DNA of 32,000 nucleotides from Candidatus Saccharimonadota bacterium (GTDB lineage Bacteria; Bacteroidota; Bacteroidia; Cytophagales; Amoebophilaceae): NCBI RefSeq assembly GCF_003351905.1, contig NZ_CP022339.1, positions 270,001 to 302,000 of the forward strand, read 5' to 3'. Shown piece by piece: positions 26,641 to 32,000 of this stretch (position 1 is its first letter; each line of letters starts with the position of its first letter). The notes under the pieces were generated by a model. It saw only the letters and a program-made list of their open reading frames with translations, ran no database searches and was not told where the DNA came from. The position numbers and the translations under genes were made by a program.

Positions 26641-26690
26641 CTTTTTACAGGGGCGTTTTGCTTTTAATGCAAAAACCAATCTTGAATAGG
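26641..26690 (-). repeat. Truncated end of an A-type element (only the outer right-arm part)
   Basis: CTTTTTACAGGGGCGTTTTGCTTTTAATGCAAAAACCAAT matches 20840-20870 and 27141-27175. It begins 24 nt after the stop of the preceding CDS. Confidence 0.5.
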
Positions 26691-26717
26691 TGCCTATTTG
26701 CTTCCTTTACAGCGCTT

Positions 26718-26900
26718 ATGGTTGCCGATAAAAAAACTTGGCGCTTCAGTAAACTGGTAGTCTTTAGACGAACGGTTGTTCAGTGGATTAGAAAAACAGT
26801 TTCCTTAGAAGCCTCCAAAGGGGACGAATTCTGTTTTTCCCACTGCACAACAGATCGTTTTATTACTTTTACTGCGTGCCAACTTTTTATCGGCGACCAT
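26718..26900 (+). repeat. B-type 183-bp palindromic module, copy B1
   Basis: ATGGTTGCCGATAAAAAAACTTGGCGC at the left pairs with GCGTGCCAACTTTTTATCGGCGACCAT at the right. The core at 26791-26840 (GAAAAACAGTTTCCTTAGAAGCCTCCAAAGGGGACGAATTCTGTTTTTCC) is homologous to the A-type core. It aligns along its full length with 27248-27430. Confidence 0.75.
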
Positions 26901-27032
26901 GAGGTAGCATGGGCAACGGCATATGCCAACGAGTCATTTTCATCTTTGTGCTAGCATAGATTGCTCGTGTCTATTTACAACATGAGTTCGTAAGGAATTT
27001 TTCCTTTTATCTTTTTCTTGATAAGAAAGTAA

Positions 27033-27197
27033 GTATCTGTTCACATTACTGGTTAATGATGAACTTTATTCCACTTTTTTCTTGATAAAAAAGTGGACAA
27101 AAAATCAAGCCCTCGGCAAAAAGTCACTGAAAGTGTCATCTTACAGGGGCGTTGTTCTTTTAACATAAAAACCAGTACGTTGAGCGTACGACAGATC
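27033..27197 (-). mobile_element. A-type element, copy A4, with most of the long hairpin deleted
   Basis: The terminal repeat is GTATCTGTTCACATTACTGGTT (27033-27054). The small hairpin is CCACTTTTTT-CTTGAT-AAAAAAGTGG (27071-27096). Then AAAAAATCAAGCCCTCGGCAAAAAGTCACTGAAAGTGTCATCTTACAGGGGCGTTGTTCTTTT joins the outer left arm directly to the outer right arm (junction near 27140). The far end is degenerate, so the right boundary is approximate. Confidence 0.5.
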
Positions 27198-27247
27198 CCT
27201 ATCATTTTAATGGGTGTTTGCTTCGCTTACGTCAATTTAAAGCGTTC

Positions 27248-27430
27248 ATGGTTGCCGATAAAAAACTTGGCGCTTCAGTAAACTGGTAATCTTTAAACGA
27301 ACGATTGTGCAGCGGATTAAAAAAACAGTTTACTTTAAAACTCACGCAGTGGGCGCTTCCTGTTTTTCCCGCTGAAACAACCGTTCGTTTCATTATTTTT
27401 ACTGTGTGCCAACTTTTTATCGGCGAACAT
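27248..27430 (+). repeat. B-type 183-bp palindromic module, copy B2
   Basis: Same length and arms as B1 (ATGGTTGCCGATAAAAAACTTGGCGC ... GTGTGCCAACTTTTTATCGGCGAACAT). The core at 27321-27369 has a changed but still pairable apical stem, CTCAC/GTGGG. It ends 35 nt from the ppdK stop codon. Confidence 0.75.
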
Positions 27431-27464
27431 GGACAGCAGCGTATACTACCTAAAGGTATTTTTA

Positions 27465-30098
27465 TTAATGACCTATCACTACTTTTGCGGCGGCTAACTT
27501 CGCAATAGGCACTCTATAGGGCGAACAGGAGATATAATCTATCCCAATCGAATCGAAAAAGGCAATGGAAGCTGGATCGCCGCCATGTTCGCCGCAAACG
27601 CCTATTTTTAAATTTGGATGGGCTGACCTGCCGCGTGCTACTGCGATTTGAATCAATTCTCCGACCCCTTCTTGGTCAAGCGTAACAAAAGGATCTGCCT
27701 GAAGCAGCCCCTTTTGTTGATAACAGTCTAGAAACTTGGCGCCATCATCACGTGAGATGCCCAGGGTAGTCTGGGTTAAATCATTGGTCCCGATGCTAAA
27801 AAAATCAACCAATGGGGCAAGGGTGGCAGCTTGTAAGGCTGCTCTGGGCAATTCTATCATTATACCTACCTTATATCGGATCTGAGGGGCTGTTTTTTGA
27901 TGTACCTCCTCTATAATTTTTTTTAACAAAACCACCTCTTGGGCATCAAAAACAAGCGGCAACATAATCTCTAATGCTACCTGCTTGACTGCTAAAGCAG
28001 CTTCAAATAAAGCTTGCAGCTGCATCACATAAATTTCTGGAAAGGTGATAGCCAACCTAACCCCCCGATGGCCCAACATCGGATTTACCTCAGCAAGTTG
28101 CGCCATACGCTTGGTGACTTCATCCAATGGAAGACCTACTTGTAAGGCCAACTCAGCTATATCCTGGCTGGGTAAAAATTCATGTAAAGGGGGGTCCAAT
28201 AACCTTACCGTAATAGGCAAGCCATCTAGGATCTGAAAAAGAGCTACAAAATCGTTTTTCTGTACCACCTTCAATTTGGTTAAAATATCAACACGTGCTG
28301 CTTTACAACTGGTTAAGATCATTTTTCTAAACAGACACATGCGATCTGCATGAAAAAACATATGCTCTGTTCTACAAAGACCTATGCCTGCAATGCCAAA
28401 GGATAAGGCTACCGTTGCATCCTGAACAGTTTCTGCATTGGCCCTTACCTCCATTCTTTTGTGTTGCTCTACTAACTGCATAAAGGTCACAAACTCAGGA
28501 AAAGGCTTGGGTCGTACAGTTGCTGCTTTGCCTTTGATCACCTCGCCTGTTGTGCCATTAATGGTTAGATAACTACCGCGTTCCATCTTAGTCTGACCAA
28601 TCACCAATGCGCCGCTTTGGCGGTCTATTGTAATGGCCTGTGCACCACATATACAGGCTTTACCCATGCCCCTTGCTACTACTGCAGCATGGGCCGTCAT
28701 GCCGCCCTTGGTTGTTAAAATGCCTACGGCCATTGCCATGCTACCTATATCATCCGGACTGGTTTCCTCTCTAACCAAAATCACAGGTTCATTTTTCGAA
28801 AGGTGTTCTACCTCTTCTGGTGTAAAGGCAATCACCCCAGAGGCGACACCCGGGGCAGCAGGCAGCCCTTGGGTTAATACTGCTATGGTTTGATCTGAAT
28901 CTAATGTAGGATGCAATAGGCGCTCTATCTCTTCATAATCGATTCTTTTTAAGACTTCACAAGCATCTATCTTGCCTTCTTGCAACATATCCACTGCTAT
29001 TTTAACTGCAGCGCTGGCACTGCGTTTGCCATTCCGCGCTTGCAATAGCCATACTTTGCCTTGCTCAACGGTATATTCAATGTCTTGCATCTCAACAAAA
29101 TGGTGCTCTAAAGCGATAGCTAAGTCACTTAGCTCGCTAAAAACAACGGGATATTTTTCTTCCAATGCTTCCTGCGCATCTTGAATGGCCTCCCTCCCTT
29201 CTTTCGTAACTTGCCGAGGGGTCACTAGACCAGAGACTAGCTCTTCGCCCTGCGCATTGATTAAATACTCCCCAAATAAACTGCGTGCACCCGTAGAGGG
29301 ATTTCTGGTAAATAGGACGCCTGTTAGGCTATCTACCCCCCTATTACCAAATACCATAGCCTGAATGGTAACGGCTGTACCTCCCTGATCCTCTATATGG
29401 TTCAATCTTCGATAGGTAACTGCTCTTGGACTATTCCAAGAAGCAAAAATGGCCGCTATAGCCTTTTTCAACTGCTCAAAGGGATCTTGGGGATAAGTAG
29501 TACCCGTATAGTCTAAGATGATTTTTTTATAGCCATCAATAACTGTATGCAGTGCATCCAGACTGAGTCCTGCTGCATCATGGGCCTGCTCTACTCTTTG
29601 CATGCGCTCCATTACTGCTACAAATAGATGGTAATCAATGCCCATAATAAGGCTACCATACATCTCTATAAAACGCCGATAGCTATCGTAAGCAAACCTA
29701 AAATCTTGGGTAGCATGGCCCAATAGCTCGGTTGTGGCATCATTTAAGCCAAGATTCAATAGGGTATCCATCATACCTGGCATGGAGGTTTTAGCACCAG
29801 AACGTACCGATAGCAGTAGTGGAAAAGGGCCAGCCCCAAAATGTTTGCCGGTTGCCTCTTCAAGCCCTTTAAGCGCTGCCACCACTTGATCCCAAATGGC
29901 GCTCGTTGAACCCTGCTGACCATAGTAGCTACACCCCTCCGTTATAATGGTAAAGCCTGGTGGAATCGGAAAGCCTAAAGCGGACATCCGTGCCAACCCA
30001 TATCCCTTATTGCCTAATATAGATGGGTCACCCTGCGCATCCTCCTTACCGTAACCAAAACGATAAATCCATTTTTTGACTTGCTTTTCATCCAACAT
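27465..30098 (-). CDS. ppdK: Pyruvate, phosphate dikinase
   Basis: 877 aa. The phosphohistidine region is GGMTAHAAVVARGMGK. The PEP-utilising domain motifs are GLCRTEHMFF, FFSIGTNDLTQ and CGEHGGDP. Confidence 0.97.
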   Translation of the reverse strand: MLDEKQVKKWIYRFGYGKEDAQGDPSILGNKGYGLARMSALGFPIPPGFTIITEGCSYYGQQGSTSAIWDQVVAALKGLEEATGKHFGAGPFPLLLSVRSGAKTSMPGMMDTLLNLGLNDATTELLGHATQDFRFAYDSYRRFIEMYGSLIMGIDYHLFVAVMERMQRVEQAHDAAGLSLDALHTVIDGYKKIILDYTGTTYPQDPFEQLKKAIAAIFASWNSPRAVTYRRLNHIEDQGGTAVTIQAMVFGNRGVDSLTGVLFTRNPSTGARSLFGEYLINAQGEELVSGLVTPRQVTKEGREAIQDAQEALEEKYPVVFSELSDLAIALEHHFVEMQDIEYTVEQGKVWLLQARNGKRSASAAVKIAVDMLQEGKIDACEVLKRIDYEEIERLLHPTLDSDQTIAVLTQGLPAAPGVASGVIAFTPEEVEHLSKNEPVILVREETSPDDIGSMAMAVGILTTKGGMTAHAAVVARGMGKACICGAQAITIDRQSGALVIGQTKMERGSYLTINGTTGEVIKGKAATVRPKPFPEFVTFMQLVEQHKRMEVRANAETVQDATVALSFGIAGIGLCRTEHMFFHADRMCLFRKMILTSCKAARVDILTKLKVVQKNDFVALFQILDGLPITVRLLDPPLHEFLPSQDIAELALQVGLPLDEVTKRMAQLAEVNPMLGHRGVRLAITFPEIYVMQLQALFEAALAVKQVALEIMLPLVFDAQEVVLLKKIIEEVHQKTAPQIRYKVGIMIELPRAALQAATLAPLVDFFSIGTNDLTQTTLGISRDDGAKFLDCYQQKGLLQADPFVTLDQEGVGELIQIAVARGRSAHPNLKIGVCGEHGGDPASIAFFDSIGIDYISCSPYRVPIAKLAAAKVVIGH

Positions 30099-30104
30099 AT
30101 TCCA

Positions 30105-31787
30105 TTACCCTATTACATCCGTAGAAAGATTTTTTAATTTTTCCCGTTGTGCTTCAATACTATCATCTTCAATTTTTTCAAACAACAAGATAGGAGGTGA
30201 CAAGGGATCACCGGATTGTACGAGATGGGCCACATTCCCCCAACCTGTTGCTTTTAACCCCAACATATGCGCCATTTTATCACTTGTAACCGGTAAAAAT
30301 GGTCTGATCAATAAGGTTACAGTAGCAATCAATTGCAGCGTGGTATGCAATACCGTTCCCGCTTCTTCTGGGTTGCTTTTGACCAAATGCCATGGTCTCC
30401 TATCGGTTAAATATTTATTGCCTAATGTAGCGTAACTCATGCACAATTGGAGGGCTTCTTTAAATTTAAACTGCTCTATAGCATGACCTACTTCACTAAA
30501 AGAAGCCGTTAAGGCAGTCAATAAAGCTTGATCTGCTGCATTAGGTGCCATATAAGGCGGCACCAAACCACCAAAATGTTGATGGACCAAACTAAACGTT
30601 CTATGGACCAAATTACCTAGATTAGCGACCAACTCACGGTTATTTTTATCCTGGAAGTCTTGCCATGTAAAGTCGCTGTCTTTGTTTTCTGGCGCAATGG
30701 TACAGAGCACATACCGCAATACATCTGCTGGAAAGGTTTGTAAGTACTCATGGAGCCATACCGCATGGCCACGGGAGGTAGAAAGTTTTTGGCCCTCTAA
30801 ATTTAAAAATTCATTGGCTGGAACCTGTTGAGGCAAAATAAACTGACCATGCGCTTTGAGCATCACAGGGAAAATAATACAATGAAAGACAATATTATCC
30901 TTGCCAAGAAAATGAACCAGCTTGGTAGCTGGATCTTTCCAAAAAGGCTCCCAATCAATCTGTTGCGCTTTTGCCCACTCTTTAGTTGCGCTAATATAGC
31001 CAATCGGTGCCTCAAACCAGACATAAAGGACCTTCCCTTTTCCTTCAGGCAGTGGCACAGGAATGCCCCAAGTTAAATCTCGTGTTACAGCACGCGGTTG
31101 CAACCCTTGGTCTAACCAACCTTTGCATTGACCATATACATTGGTTTTAAAATCTTTATGGTCTTCTAAAATCCATTTCTTAAGCCAGCTTTCATACTTA
31201 TCTAAGGGTAGATACCAATGCTTGGTTGCTTTTAAAATAGGCTTTGCACCGCTAATGGCAGAAATGGGATTTATCAACTCCTCTGGACTCAGTGTTCGGC
31301 CACATGCTTCACATTGATCTCCATAGGCATTGGGGTGATGACAGCTGGGACAGCTGCCTTTGATATAGCGATCAGATAGAAACTGCTGACCAGCCGGATC
31401 ATAGAATTGCTCCGTTTCATATACCTCAAATATGCCTTTTTGATGCAGCTCCTTAAAAAAGTCAGTCGCAGTCTCATAATGGGTAGGCGAGGAAGTTCTG
31501 GCAAAGATATCAAAGCTAATACCCAACCCCTGCAGCGATTCTTTAATCAGGGTATAGTATTTATCTACCACTTGTTGAGGCGTAACCCCCTCTTGTTGCG
31601 CACGAATCACCACGGGCACGCCATGTTCATCAGACCCACTGATAAAGACAACAGCAGCCCCTTTTTGCCTTAAATACCGAACATATATATCAGCAGGCAG
31701 ATAGGCTCCTGCTACATGGCCTAAATGAATCGGCCCATTGGCATAGGGCAGTGCAGCGGTAACCGTATAGCGTTTTGGATGCGTCAT
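30105..31787 (-). CDS. metG: Methionine--tRNA ligase (the ORF is open up to 31928, but the conserved N-terminus begins at the ATG at 31787)
   Basis: MTHPKRYTVTAALPYANGPIHLGHVAG (HIGH motif), Zn knuckles CPSCHH...CEACG, and the KMSKS-type KLSTSRG. The 47 upstream in-frame residues look non-conserved. Alternative starts are at 31799 and 31928. The stop lies 6 nt from the ppdK start, so an operon is likely. Confidence 0.93.
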   Translation of the reverse strand: MTHPKRYTVTAALPYANGPIHLGHVAGAYLPADIYVRYLRQKGAAVVFISGSDEHGVPVVIRAQQEGVTPQQVVDKYYTLIKESLQGLGISFDIFARTSSPTHYETATDFFKELHQKGIFEVYETEQFYDPAGQQFLSDRYIKGSCPSCHHPNAYGDQCEACGRTLSPEELINPISAISGAKPILKATKHWYLPLDKYESWLKKWILEDHKDFKTNVYGQCKGWLDQGLQPRAVTRDLTWGIPVPLPEGKGKVLYVWFEAPIGYISATKEWAKAQQIDWEPFWKDPATKLVHFLGKDNIVFHCIIFPVMLKAHGQFILPQQVPANEFLNLEGQKLSTSRGHAVWLHEYLQTFPADVLRYVLCTIAPENKDSDFTWQDFQDKNNRELVANLGNLVHRTFSLVHQHFGGLVPPYMAPNAADQALLTALTASFSEVGHAIEQFKFKEALQLCMSYATLGNKYLTDRRPWHLVKSNPEEAGTVLHTTLQLIATVTLLIRPFLPVTSDKMAHMLGLKATGWGNVAHLVQSGDPLSPPILLFEKIEDDSIEAQREKLKNLSTDVIG

Positions 31788-32000
31788 GGGTGTAAGCATT
31801 AAGAAGGTGCGTTTTCGTACATATGCAGCATTATTAGATGTAGCAAAGATCTGCAAAAAATCTGAAATATGATTGTTAGGAGGATGATGTCTGCAACTTT
31901 TTTCTTGTTTCGGGGCTAAGGTGGTCATACAACTGAATAGATACCTGATAAAGGTGAAAAAAGTAGCTTATGGATGGTCGGTTGTGGACGTTCTGTTTCG

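Noticed and set aside
26641-27430. The repeated units as a CRISPR array
   Set aside because: There are only two large (~183 bp) palindromic units about 530 bp apart. There is no short direct-repeat/spacer periodicity and there are no cas genes. The units are homologous to dispersed copies at other loci.
26658-27508. Track ORFs 26658-26954, 27093-27281 and 27305-27508 as possible small proteins
   Set aside because: They run straight through the palindromic B and A repeat modules. Their reading frames are a by-product of the repeats. They have no motif or start context, and 27305-27508 overlaps the 3' end of ppdK.
31788-31928. A 47-residue N-terminal extension of MetRS (ORF open to 31928)
   Set aside because: The extension (MTTLAPKQEKSCRHHPPNNHISDF...) has no counterpart in MetRS. 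The conserved N-terminus starts at MTHPKRYTVTAALPYANGP, so the extension is probably untranslated leader.

Overview
This is a chromosomal window from an AT-rich bacterium; I did not compute GC content. I found no rRNA, tRNA, CRISPR/cas, transposase, integrase or phage genes.

**Housekeeping genes.** The backbone is uvrB (5' part, running off the left edge), mlaE-mlaF, glyA, gap, gatC, an FKBP-type PPIase, nrnA, a PpiD-like chaperone, a permease of the ArsB/NhaD type, a YggU/DUF167 protein, a BI-1/YccA-family protein, dnaA, ppdK and metG.

**Accessory and host-interaction-like genes.**
- Two ankyrin-repeat proteins carry N-terminal signal peptides, and a third ankyrin gene is decayed.
- A 669-aa orphan carries the P-loop CKSGKDRTG. 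As far as I recall, this is the catalytic motif of the SopB/IpgD and inositol-polyphosphate-4-phosphatase family.
- Several low-complexity orphan proteins are also present.

**Likely source.** This mix suggests an obligate intracellular Bacteroidota-type symbiont, in the style of Amoebophilus or Cardinium. That is inference only.

**Non-coding repeats.** The most unusual signal is a family of MITE-like elements that fills most of the larger intergenic gaps.
- The elements are bounded by about 22-nt terminal inverted repeats.
- One copy has a perfect 8-bp flanking duplication.
- They carry very long imperfect hairpins, in two arm families (A and B) that share one conserved core of about 50 nt.
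- Stems show compensatory substitutions between copies.

**Novel system.** I did not find a convincing new multi-gene system. The structured repeat family and the SopB-like orphan are the best leads.
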